Of a stretch of DNA of 64,000 nt, positions 36,365 through 45,639 are shown piece after piece. The position numbers and the translations under genes are program-made. Position 1 is the first letter of the stretch. Each line of letters opens with the position of its first letter. Source of the DNA: Azolla caroliniana (taxonomy: Eukaryota > Plantae > Polypodiophyta); assembly GCA_043228905.1 (NCBI GenBank), contig JBHGNT010000010.1:20894001-20958000 (forward strand), written 5' to 3'. Below the pieces are notes generated by a model. That model searched no databases. It had not been told where the DNA came from and saw nothing but the letters and a program-made list of their open reading frames with translations.

Positions 36365-38491
36365 ATGAAGGGGGCGGATCTTGCAAAGGCCATGGCTTCG
36401 GCCGTGGATCGGATAGTAAGCGCGCGCGAGGGCACCGGCGCCCTCGATAGAGCTATTGAGGCGGTCGTCGGAACGATCGGTCGATTCACCGGAAAAGATG
36501 CCACGAAGTACCTGGCGTCCTACGGTGCGGAAATGTTAATGCGGGACATTCCGGAAGACAGGCGTCTTGCCGGTTTTCCCCGAGTGGCGATGCCGAGCAT
36601 CCACGCGGAGGTGCTCGAGGTGCGGGCGGAGAGCCGTACCTGGGAGGAGTTCGAAGGTCGGCTCCTGGAAAAATACGGACTGGACGACGCGCTCCGGCTT
36701 TCGAAGCGAAGCTTCATGGAGTGGGTGGAGTCTCCCGGGAAAGGAAGGAATGCGTCGGCACTCCTCCGGGAGTTCGAAGAGAACTTCGCGCGCCTTTCGG
36801 CGCTTGACAGGATGGTCCTGGATACAAGCCGGGTCCTGCTGTTCGTCAAATCGGTTGACGAGAGGGATCGGAGTCACGTGGGCGCCCTGCTAGAAACCGA
36901 AGATGGGCTGACAGCCGACTGGGCGGCGGTCAAGAGAGCCTGCGGCCGTTTCGACAAACGGCGAGAATGGGAGGATGACAGAGCAACCGGGTCGGGCTCA
37001 GTCGCGGCGAGGAAACTCGAGCCGGCGCAGCCGGTGCGAAGGGAAGAGACTCGGGAGTGGCTGGAATCCGGTTCGGCTCCGACCGGCGTGATCGGAGGCT
37101 CGACTGGGGGAGCTGCGTTGGAGGAACTGACGAGGGCGATAAAAGACCTCCAAATCGCACAAGCCCGCAGAGAAGGCGGAGGACCTGCTCGTGACCGACG
37201 GCCGGCGGCAGGGAACAGGTGCATGTGGTGCGACGGGGTCGGCCACATCCGAAAAGACTGCGGCGATTTCGCAGAGGCGCTGAGGAACCGGGTGGTGTAC
37301 CTATGGGAAGGCCGGGTTCACGCCAACGACACGAGAAGGGCCCTAAACCGAAACGACGGGCGAGGCGGAATGAAGAGGTTGATGGAAGAGGCGGCGGCCC
37401 GACATGCGGAAACCGTCCACTACTCGGCGTCGGCCGGTATTCGAGTCGGGGGCGGCGAGGCCCGAAAGGAAAGCAAAGCCGGATTCTGGCCGACGATGCT
37501 GGAAGGCCTTGCCGGTGCAGGGCTTAAAAGGGAGGAATCGGACCGTGCGGAGAAACGGGTACGGGAGATGACCGGGTGGAGCGACCCGGTCGAGGAAAAG
37601 ACGGGCTTCTTGGAAGCCGCTTGCAGGAACTACGAGGCTCTGGTAGAAGAGAAGCGGGTGGGGAAACCCGGGACGACCGGGCCCTCACAACGATACGAGA
37701 CCCGGTCCGGGCCACGACGGGACGAAGCCGGCAGGGCCGGTACGCAAGATAAACCCCAGAAGGGCGGGTACCGTCTGGGGACGGAGATAGAAAGAACCAC
37801 GGACTTACGAAAGGTCCTGGAGGAACGGATCCTCGACAGCAAGGTGGAGCTGTCGCTACGGGAGGTGCTGGGAATCGCCAAGAAGGAGTTCCACGACTCC
37901 ATCGTGGACTTGGTGAAACGGAAGAGGCTGTCAACGGAGACAGAACCGGAAAGACCGGTGGAAGTACGGACGACGCACCTAGACGACATGGCGCTGGGAG
38001 ACGAGTGGGCGGAAAGCCACTATTCGAGACCGCACTGGGCCCGAGCGACCACGGAAACCCCGGTGAAGATCGGCGATGTCCAGGAACCGGTGATAGCGTT
38101 GGTAGACCACGGATCGGAGATCAATTTGATGTCCATGGACTTCTATAAGAAGGGCAAATGGCCGATCAACACCAAGCACGGGTGGAAAATAAGGGCAGCA
38201 ACGCGCGCCACCGAGGAACTGCACGGGGCCTGTCCGAATGTGCGAGTCAAGATCGGCGACGTCGAGATTGACCAGCACTTCTTCGTGCAGGAGACGTCCT
38301 CGCATCCGGTCATACTGGGAGAGCCGTACATCACGGCGGCGCGAATGGAGACCAAGGTGCTGGACAATGGTTCGGCCTATGCGCGGGTCAAGAGCCAGGA
38401 CGGGCGCCATTCGGTCCAGTTTTTGACGGTTAGGCCGAACCACGAGCGTAACCGCGACTCCCTCGGTTCCGATAACCGAGAGGATTTTTAG
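36365..38491 (+). CDS. gag: Gag-protease polyprotein (capsid, CCHC knuckle, aspartic protease), 708 aa
   Basis: Intact ORF with CMWCDGVGHIRKDC and ALVDHGSEINL...VILGEPY retropepsin motifs. Confidence 0.92.
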   Translation: MKGADLAKAMASAVDRIVSAREGTGALDRAIEAVVGTIGRFTGKDATKYLASYGAEMLMRDIPEDRRLAGFPRVAMPSIHAEVLEVRAESRTWEEFEGRLLEKYGLDDALRLSKRSFMEWVESPGKGRNASALLREFEENFARLSALDRMVLDTSRVLLFVKSVDERDRSHVGALLETEDGLTADWAAVKRACGRFDKRREWEDDRATGSGSVAARKLEPAQPVRREETREWLESGSAPTGVIGGSTGGAALEELTRAIKDLQIAQARREGGGPARDRRPAAGNRCMWCDGVGHIRKDCGDFAEALRNRVVYLWEGRVHANDTRRALNRNDGRGGMKRLMEEAAARHAETVHYSASAGIRVGGGEARKESKAGFWPTMLEGLAGAGLKREESDRAEKRVREMTGWSDPVEEKTGFLEAACRNYEALVEEKRVGKPGTTGPSQRYETRSGPRRDEAGRAGTQDKPQKGGYRLGTEIERTTDLRKVLEERILDSKVELSLREVLGIAKKEFHDSIVDLVKRKRLSTETEPERPVEVRTTHLDDMALGDEWAESHYSRPHWARATTETPVKIGDVQEPVIALVDHGSEINLMSMDFYKKGKWPINTKHGWKIRAATRATEELHGACPNVRVKIGDVEIDQHFFVQETSSHPVILGEPYITAARMETKVLDNGSAYARVKSQDGRHSVQFLTVRPNHERNRDSLGSDNREDF

Positions 38492-38547
38492 AGAGGGCTG
38501 CCAAGGCGTGGGGCCGCGACAGTCCGGACACCCCGGGAAAACCCCAC
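38482..38547 (+). promoter_or_regulatory. Predicted -1 ribosomal frameshift signal
   Basis: G-GAT-TTT immediately before the gag stop; pol is in the -1 frame and open across the site; 6-nt spacer, then a GGGCUG/CAGUCC stem and a GUGGGG/CCCCAC pairing; conserved in copies I and H. Confidence 0.75.
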
Positions 38548-41500
38548 ACCTGTACGATAAAACCGAAGAAACCTTGTACCATAGGTAGGGAATTTTTGTT
38601 CTCCGGCAGCGGAGCGTGTACGATAGCCGGCATCGGCGGCCGAGAGAAGACAAAGGCGGAGGGGAGACTTCGAGCGTGCGGAGTTCTCGGCCCTGACGAG
38701 GAAATCAACGGAGCCGTGGAGGCGGTCTCATTCGACGACACCTTGGGAATGCTGGGAAAGGTAGTCGAAGAAGGCCTTAACGAAGACCGGACGATACCGG
38801 TGTGTTCCGAGGAGATGTACGAAGTCATCGCGGACTTCGGTCGAGGGCTCGAGTCGGTTCGGACGGCCCACGTAAGCACCAAGTACAAGACTGTGGACCG
38901 GAAGGTAAGGCCAGTCGCGGCACCCTTACCGGAGGACAGCGCGTCGAGAATCAAAGGGGTTGCATCGGACCCTAGTCTACGAGATCCGGCCTGCATAGGA
39001 CACACCTTCACCGACGAGACGCTCCGAGAGCTCAAAATCGGTGGGGGCGGGTTCCTACTGCCGGCGGAGGAAGACCGGTTTCGGAGAATGCTCGGAAGGC
39101 ACGGGAAAGCCTTCGCATTCTCGCCGGAGGAAATCGGGTGCGTTGACCCGACGATCGTGGAGCCGATGGTGATATTCACGGTACCGCATGTACCATGGAA
39201 TCTCAAGCCAATCCCGGTTCCGAGAGCTCACATCCCGAAGTTGATGGAGCTGCTGAGGCAGAAAGTTGATATGGGAATTCTCGAGCCGTCGAGCGCCCCA
39301 TATTCGAATCGATGGTTTACCGTACCGAAGAAAAACGGTTCGTTGCGCTTCATCCAGGACCTGCAGCCGGTCAATCGAGTGACCATTCGGAACGCAGGGA
39401 TCGGACCGACCATAGACGAGTTCGCGGAGGCCTTCGCCGGAAGGTCAATTTACTCGGTCGGGGATCTATACTCAGGGTACGACCAGTTCCAGCTAGCCGT
39501 GGAGAGCAGAGACATTACGACGATGCGAACTCCCCTCGGCCTAGTTCGGATGTGTACACTGCCGCAAGGAGGGACCAACTCGGTGGCCCACGTGGTGAAT
39601 GCGATGAACAAGGTTCTGAGGGACTGCATCCCGGACATCACCATGCCGTTTCTGGACGACATCCCGATCAAGGGATGCCCGGTGGAAGAAAAGGACGAGA
39701 CGATCGGGCCGGACGGATGCCGGCGATTCGTGGCGGCGCACATCGACGACTGCGAGAAGGTGCTGCAAAGGCTAGAGGATGCGAGACTCACCTTCTCCGG
39801 GGAGAAGTCGGCCTTCGGGCAGTCAGAAATCATGGTGGTCGGACACCTGTGCGGACCATATGGCCGGAAACCGTCTCCGGCAAAGGTAGAAGCCATCTCC
39901 GCGATGAAGCCCGACTGCAGCTCGGTCACGGAAGTACGGAGATTCCTGGGGGCATGCGCGTTCTACCACATATGGATCCCGCATTACGCACACCTCGCGG
40001 AGCCACTGTACGGGTTGCTGAAAAAGGGGCGAAGGTTCGAATGGCTAGACGAGCACGCGGCATCGGTCCGGAAGCTGAAAGAGGCCCTTGCAGCGGCACC
40101 GGCACTCCGGAAGGCGGTATACGGGAAGGGTACCCCGGTATTCATAACGGTGGATACCAGTCCGACCGGGATCGGATGGGTCGTGAACCAGGAAGACGAG
40201 GACGGCAATCGGTTTCCGATCCGATTCGGCGCGAAAGTCCTCAGTGAACGGCAGCGAGGATACGCCCAGGTTAAACGCGAACTCTGGGGTATTGTTTCGG
40301 CGGTTAAGGCCGACAAAGACTACCTGATAGGGACGGAAGTGATCATCGAGACGGATTGCCTGCCGATTCTCGGTATGGTTTCCGGATGCGCGACTCCGGA
40401 CCTGGCGATGCTCAGGTGGATAGCGTACATCAAGTCCCTGGACCCGGAAATACGACACATTTCCGGGAAAGACAACGCCATGGCCGACATGCTTTCGAGG
40501 GCGAGGTTCGACGACGAGGGCGGCATGGTTTCGGAAGACGAAGAAGTCGGCGTGGATTTCTTCGAGGCGGCATACATAACGACCGACGGGATGAGCACTC
40601 CGGCGCTTAACGAGTTCGACGCGAGCAAGTACGACGGGGAGTGGCTGCAGATCGGCGGGTTTTTGAAGACAATGACGCCCGATGCGTCATGGACGAAGGA
40701 CGAGGCCAACCGGATCCGGAAGAAAGCATATCGATTCCTTCTCCGAGATGGGCATTTGTGGAAGCACCCGAAGAAGAGGAACGGCGTCCCGCTCCGGGTG
40801 GTGGCGATGAAGGAAGAACAGGAGGAGCTACTGGCGGCCTACCACGACAGCCCTTGGGCTGGACACCGTGGAACGTGGGCGACGTTTGAGAAGCTGAAGG
40901 GGAAGTACTGGTGGCCGGGATTGTACCGGGACGTGCATCGGTTCGTGTCAACTTGCGAGAGTTGTCAGATGCACTCGATAGTCCGACACCGGGACGGGCT
41001 TCACCCTACGTACCCTCCGACTATCCACTTCAAATGGATGGTAGATCTGGTGACGATGCCGATGGGGGTAGGACAGATGCGGTATCTGGTCCTAGCGCGG
41101 GAAGACCTGACGAACCAGGTGGAAGGCCGAGCCCTTCAGAACAAGACGACCGCGGCCGTGTGTCGGTTCCTGATCGAGGACGTGATATGCCGGTACGGGT
41201 GCGTCGGGAAGATCGTGGCTGACCGAGGGGAGTTGGACGCCGAGGAAGGCGCGGAGCTGTTCGATCGGCTGGGAGTCAAACTCTCGCTCACCACTGCGTA
41301 CAACCCGGAGGCGAATGGAAAGGTGGAGCGCGGACACAGGCCGATCGTCAAGGCGCTGGTTCGGGCATGCGGAGGCCAAGTCGGTAACTGGCCGCGACTT
41401 CTACCTTATGCTTTGTGGGCAGACCGGACCACGCACAGTTCGGTAACCGGGTACATGCCGACGGAGCTCATGTTCGGCCAGAAGCCGATCATGCCGATTG

Positions 41501-41979
41501 AACAGACGATCTCCTCGTGGGCAACGGTCGACTGGAGGGACGAGATGAGCCGGGAGGAGTTGTTGGCCGCACGTATACGACAGCTCGAGCGGAGACCGGA
41601 GGACGTGGCACTGGCTACGGAGAAGCTCCGGGTGGCGAGGACAAAGAACAAAGCCCGGTTCGACCGAACGCACCGGGTACGACCGAAGAAAATCGACGAA
41701 GGTGACTGGGTGCTCGTCTACGACAGCAGCCTCGACAACCAGCACCGAGCAACGCGGAAGTTCGCACGGAGATGGTTCGGGCCGTACACGGTACAGAGCG
41801 CCAACGACAACGGGACGTATCATCTGGCGGAGCTCGACGGTACGAGAATAGCGATACCCGTGGCCGGGAAGAGGATCAAAGCTTTCAAGAAGCGGCACGA
41901 CGACGAACCCGACCCGATTCTCCTGGACAGCAGCGACGACCGATCCGAGGCCGAGGAAGGGCCGGCAGGCGAAGAGTAG
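38488..41979 (+). CDS. pol: Pol (RT, RNase H, integrase), expressed by frameshift
   Basis: Open frame; DLYSGYDQF, LPQGGTNS, PFLDD; RNase H VDTS/ELWG/ETDC; HHCC, D-D-E and GPY motifs; no chromodomain. Confidence 0.95.
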   Translation, partial: LERAAKAWGRDSPDTPGKPHTCTIKPKKPCTIGREFLFSGSGACTIAGIGGREKTKAEGRLRACGVLGPDEEINGAVEAVSFDDTLGMLGKVVEEGLNEDRTIPVCSEEMYEVIADFGRGLESVRTAHVSTKYKTVDRKVRPVAAPLPEDSASRIKGVASDPSLRDPACIGHTFTDETLRELKIGGGGFLLPAEEDRFRRMLGRHGKAFAFSPEEIGCVDPTIVEPMVIFTVPHVPWNLKPIPVPRAHIPKLMELLRQKVDMGILEPSSAPYSNRWFTVPKKNGSLRFIQDLQPVNRVTIRNAGIGPTIDEFAEAFAGRSIYSVGDLYSGYDQFQLAVESRDITTMRTPLGLVRMCTLPQGGTNSVAHVVNAMNKVLRDCIPDITMPFLDDIPIKGCPVEEKDETIGPDGCRRFVAAHIDDCEKVLQRLEDARLTFSGEKSAFGQSEIMVVGHLCGPYGRKPSPAKVEAISAMKPDCSSVTEVRRFLGACAFYHIWIPHYAHLAEPLYGLLKKGRRFEWLDEHAASVRKLKEALAAAPALRKAVYGKGTPVFITVDTSPTGIGWVVNQEDEDGNRFPIRFGAKVLSERQRGYAQVKRELWGIVSAVKADKDYLIGTEVIIETDCLPILGMVSGCATPDLAMLRWIAYIKSLDPEIRHISGKDNAMADMLSRARFDDEGGMVSEDEEVGVDFFEAAYITTDGMSTPALNEFDASKYDGEWLQIGGFLKTMTPDASWTKDEANRIRKKAYRFLLRDGHLWKHPKKRNGVPLRVVAMKEEQEELLAAYHDSPWAGHRGTWATFEKLKGKYWWPGLYRDVHRFVSTCESCQMHSIVRHRDGLHPTYPPTIHFKWMVDLVTMPMGVGQMRYLVLAREDLTNQVEGRALQNKTTAAVCRFLIEDVICRYGCVGKIVADRGELDAEEGAELFDRLGVKLSLTTAYNPEANGKVERGHRPIVKALVRACGGQVGNWPRLLPYALWADRTTHSSVTGYMPTELMFGQKPIMPIEQTISSWATVDWRDEMSREELLAARIRQLERRPEDVALATEKLRVARTKNKARFDRTHRVRPKKIDEGDWVLVYDSSLDNQHRATRKFARRWFGPYTVQSANDNGTYHLAELDGTRIAIPVAGKRIKAFKKRHDDEPDPILLDSSDDRSEAEEGPAGEE

Positions 41980-42039
41980 AGGCGGGCCGGTTTTCTCCGT
42001 GCCAACTTAATTTGGCGCATGCCGGTGGATGCGCGGTTA

Positions 42040-42051
42040 GGTGGGGGCGGA
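42040..42051 (+). promoter_or_regulatory. Polypurine tract of A
   Basis: GGTGGGGGCGGA directly before the 3' LTR; same tract in B, G and H. Confidence 0.85.
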
Positions 42052-42769
42052 TGTCGTGAAGAAAACCGCCCACAAGAGGAATCGGAGGAACAAGGCGTGG
42101 GAAACGGCTCTACACACACACGCGCGCCAAGAAGTACCTAAGGACGAAGTAGGTACATACGAGGATCCTAGGTGGGTAGATTCGGTTGGTATGCAGTTAA
42201 TGCCAAACGGCCTCTTGACGGGCTATAAAAAGGAAGAGGAAGAATAGAAGTGGGGCATCTCCCGCGGAGAGGACGAAGTGCTGCCGAACCGATTTCGGAG
42301 CTTCTCTCTCACTCCTGCTCTCTCTGTCTTCTGCTCCATCGCGTACCTGTGCTGGTTTCGAGGAGGCTTGCGCTGTTCCGTGGAACGCCCCGAGTGCGTC
42401 CTGCAGCACCTCCGACCTGTTTTCCCTTTCTGTGCGTCGCGACATACAGGGGTCGGCAGCTGTTCGCCGCCCTGTTCGTTTTCGTTAGTATCTATTTTGT
42501 GCCCCACCGTGGGTTGTAATACTTTAGTCTGTTATTTTCTTGCATTCATAAGTACATATCTCTCGTTGTTGCGTCCATCTGCGTCGGCGTTTATTTGGGA
42601 TCTCTGTTTGTTGGGCCGTGTCCCTGTGAAATCGTCGGTTCTGCGCAATCGGATCTTCGGTTCTGTGTAATCGGGTCTCTCTCTCTTTCTTCTCTCTCTC
42701 TTGCTCTTCGGTTCGAGACCCCCGTGGTCCCTCCTCCTTTCTACACGCAAGGGCGTTGTAACCCCGACA
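42052..42769 (+). repeat. 3' LTR of A
   Basis: Direct repeat of 35604-36321. Confidence 0.95.
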
Positions 42770-42793
42770 ACGCACTCACGTAACAACGCGACA

Positions 42794-42805
42794 TCGTGGT
42801 CGCCA
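42794..42805 (-). promoter_or_regulatory. PBS of the C right arm (tRNA-Arg-like), split by B
   Basis: TGGCGACCAC follows LTR end ...TTAACACA-GTTTT; matches the recalled plant tRNA-Arg(TCG) 3' end over 10 nt. Confidence 0.6.
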
Positions 42806-42810
42806 AAAAC

Positions 42811-43274
42811 TGTGTTAATCCTAGGGCCGGACAACAGCCTAACACAGGGTGTCCACTTAAGACACTTCACCAAAGGGTGGTACAGCAGAATGACTTATGG
42901 CACAACGCTTAATTAGACCTTAATTGGTTACTTAGCAATTCCTAATTAACACGCGTAAGATATAACAATGAATACAGAACGGTAATCAAAACTGGAAGAT
43001 TAAGACAATAAGCTCTATTAATTATCCGCCTCTGATTACATTATAACCGGGCCTTTATATAGGTCTCCAGTGCGAAATACGAAACGGTGCCAACCGGCAC
43101 CTTTACGGGATCGGTCCGGATCCGGATCGGCATACCGATTCCAGTCCGTCCGTCCACATCTTCTCATATATTAATATCTATATTAAGATTACTAATTACA
43201 ACAATTCCCGAATAAACTATTCCTTTTCACACTCTGATTTGGACCTCCTTAAGCCTTCTTACCAGTCGGTAACA
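42811..43274 (-). repeat. Right LTR of C (complete, minus orientation)
   Basis: TGTTAC...TTAACACA followed by PBS and gag on the minus strand. Confidence 0.85.
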
Positions 43275-43279
43275 CTGAC

Positions 43280-44358
43280 ACCTTGTCATCGATCCGGTTC
43301 TGGATGTAGACAGTCGTTCGGACTGCCTCCACCCAGTAGAATTTGGGCATGCTCTTCTCCTCCAGCATTGCCCTTGCCGCATCAATAAGCAACCGGTTCT
43401 TCCTTTCGGCAACACCGTTCTGTTGCGGTGTGTATCTGCAGCTGAACTCTCGCCGAATTCCCTTTTGTTGCAGATAATTGTTCAATTGGCGGAAAAAGTA
43501 CTCTTTTCCGCCATCCAACCGCAGGCATTTGATCTTCCTCTCAGATTCCCGTTCCACCATGCTTTGGAGACTCCGGAAACACTCCACGACTTCACTCTTC
43601 TGCTCAATGAGGTAGATCCACGTGTGTCGTGTATAGTCGTCGATGAAGGAGACGAAATATCGACTCCCACCAAGACTAACATTCTGTGTCGGTCCCCACA
43701 CATCCGAATGGATAAGGTCGAGCTTGTTACGGCTCCGATTACGTTCGATAGGGAATGGAAGCCGGTGTAGCTTCCCGAGTTGGCAGGCTTCACATACTTG
43801 GGCCTTTCGGCCGCTGAACTTCGGCAATCCGAAAACAACTTGTTTCGCTTGCAGGTCTTGAAGCCTCCGGTAATTGATGTGGCCTATCCGCTTGTGCCAC
43901 AGGTCGATGTCTGATTCGACATTTTGTCCTTTTGCAAACAGAGCGGTGCCGATGTCATTGGTGTCGAGGATAAACATCCTCCTGTCTCTACGCCCTTGCG
44001 CAATAATCTGGCCCTCTTCCTCGATGAAGCACCCGAGGTGCATAAACCGCACTTGCATCCCTTGGTCGACGATCTGTCCGACCAACACCAGGTTCTTCGT
44101 GATTGTCGGAACATGTAATACATTCATCAACTTCCCCTTCTGTCCGACGTGGCTCAAAGGGACTTCTCCGATGTGCACGATTGGGTGAGGAGTGTCGTCT
44201 CCGGTTTCGACTACTCCTGGTTGATCCGGTTTCTCCAAAAAGGAGAACCACTCTTTGTGGCTCGTCATGTGGTTCGACGCACCGGAATCAACATACCACA
44301 CTTCCTCCGATTTGGAAGTGCTCTTCTTCATTGAGTTCGCCTCGTGCTTCATCACCAA
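43280..44358 (-). pseudogene. Copia J protease / GAG-pre-integrase / integrase
   Basis: WYVDSGASNHMT, LWHKRIGH, CEAC, LIHSDVWGP, DGGKEY, QQNGVAERKNR. Confidence 0.9.
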
Positions 44359-45639
44359 GGTTGGCCCGTTACCGTTCTTGGATCCTCCCGATGCCGTCGC
44401 GTAGTGTGAGTTTTGCCGGCCATCCTTGCCGGCCTTGTCGGATCCGGATTTGTCCGAATCGGCGCGTTTTCTCCAACACTCGCTTTCTCTATGGCCCTTT
44501 TTGCCACAGTACCAGCATTCCGTTGCAGTCTTCTCTTACCGTCTTCCGGTGCTGCCATGACTCCCCCTGCTCCCGGTGTCGTGGCGTGGCTCGCCTAGCA
44601 GCGTAGCGTTGCGTAGACAATAGATATCGTGAAAGTGAGGAAGGAATCACTGGGATTATGGACGGAAGAGACGAAAGAGTAGAGATAAAGTAAATAGAGA
44701 TCAACAAGATATGACAAGATAGGATATTGAATGATATTTGAAGGAATAAAAGAGATTTATAATTTTTTTGATGAAAGAGTTACAAAAGTGGTTGTAAGCG
44801 TTGTTGATCCTTCGAACTTGGTCTCACAAGATAATTGTTCTTCTCTTTCTTGATAGTAGGCCACAACAATATTCACTTCAATATTTTGATGAAGAGAAGG
44901 CTCGAACCGCCTCCCTCTTGTTGAGAGTTGACCACCACGATCGCCAAGCTAGAGCTCCACCTTTATGTTGAACTTCTTCCTTTCTTTCCCTATTTTATGG
45001 TATCTCTTATGTAATATATATTTTATTGATATCTCATACTTCTTTTCTTTCATCTTTTCTTTCACCATTTAAATAGGTGCCCCCATGCATATGATGCATT
45101 GGAGGGTACAAGTCATGCATGTAGTGCATGAAATGCATGATCGCCATTTGGCGTTCATGCATTACATGTGATGCATGATAGGCATCTCGCTCATTTGAGC
45201 TTTCATGTATGAAAAAATATATGGCATAAGAATAAACATGAAAATACAATATTAAAAATAAAGGACCTAGCCTAATGGTAGGTGTGTTGACTTTGGTATA
45301 TGAGGTTGTGGGTTTGAGTCTCTCAAATATTATTGAATTTACAACATGTAACATTGTTTTTATAGCATGAAGCAAATCCTTTATTTTATATATATTATTA
45401 GTATAGAGTAAATGGTAAGATTTGAAAGTCATAGGGTGGGGTTATTGGTTCAAATCCTCTCTTGTTCGTGTAATATAATAAATTTATCTATATATATATA
45501 TAGTATTTTTCTTTACATATATATAATATTATCATATGTGTTGTTAATATTATCTTTATATATAAAACATTATCAAATGTTATTTTAGTTACGTATTTAT
45601 CTAATTGTAGACTTTTAATGTGAAGCTTTCGTACTTCAC

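Larger units (their letters stand above)
35604..42769 (+). mobile_element. Intact full-length Ty3/Gypsy element A (7166 bp)
   Basis: 718-bp LTRs (one mismatch seen), PBS-Trp, uninterrupted gag-PR and pol ORFs, PPT, TSD ACGC (35600-35603 / 42770-42773). Confidence 0.97.
31427..42793 (+). mobile_element. Non-autonomous LTR element B (tRNA-Trp family cis signals, no pol)
   Basis: 5' LTR 31427-31819, PBS 31824-31840, ~3.2-kb interior without PR/RT/RH/IN motifs, PPT 35082-35093, 3' LTR 35094-35603 plus 42774-42793, TSD TCGT (31423-31426 / 42794-42797). Confidence 0.9.
27030..43274. mobile_element. Composite insertion C: two inward-facing 5' halves of a non-chromovirus (Athila/Tat-like) Gypsy within one TSD
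   Basis: TGTTACCG.CTGG.AAGAAGGCTTAAGGAGG starts at 27030 (+) and at 43274 (-); CTGAC lies at 27025-27029 and 43275-43279. Confidence 0.85.
24719..44595 (-). mobile_element. Ty1/Copia element J, 5' end missing, interrupted by insertion C
   Basis: Zn knuckle CWYCGKKGHRESEC at ~44470-44520, PR/IN ORF 43280-44358, frame rejoins at 27024 (DKVS|AHELYFGRKPNLRHL), RT mostly deleted, RH 25640-26126, PPT 25066-25076, 3' LTR 25065-24719. Confidence 0.85.

Noticed and set aside
38596-38598. TTG as the true pol start
   Set aside because: The frame is open upstream to the slippery site, and that upstream peptide is conserved in other copies.
41760-41979. Chromodomain at the integrase C-terminus
   Set aside because: Only a GPY motif region and a short acidic tail; no aromatic-cage pattern.
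27030-43274. DIRS element or DNA transposon, given the inverted termini
   Set aside because: No tyrosine recombinase or transposase. It has a tRNA PBS, aspartic protease, Gypsy-type RT and a 5-bp TSD, which DIRS elements lack.
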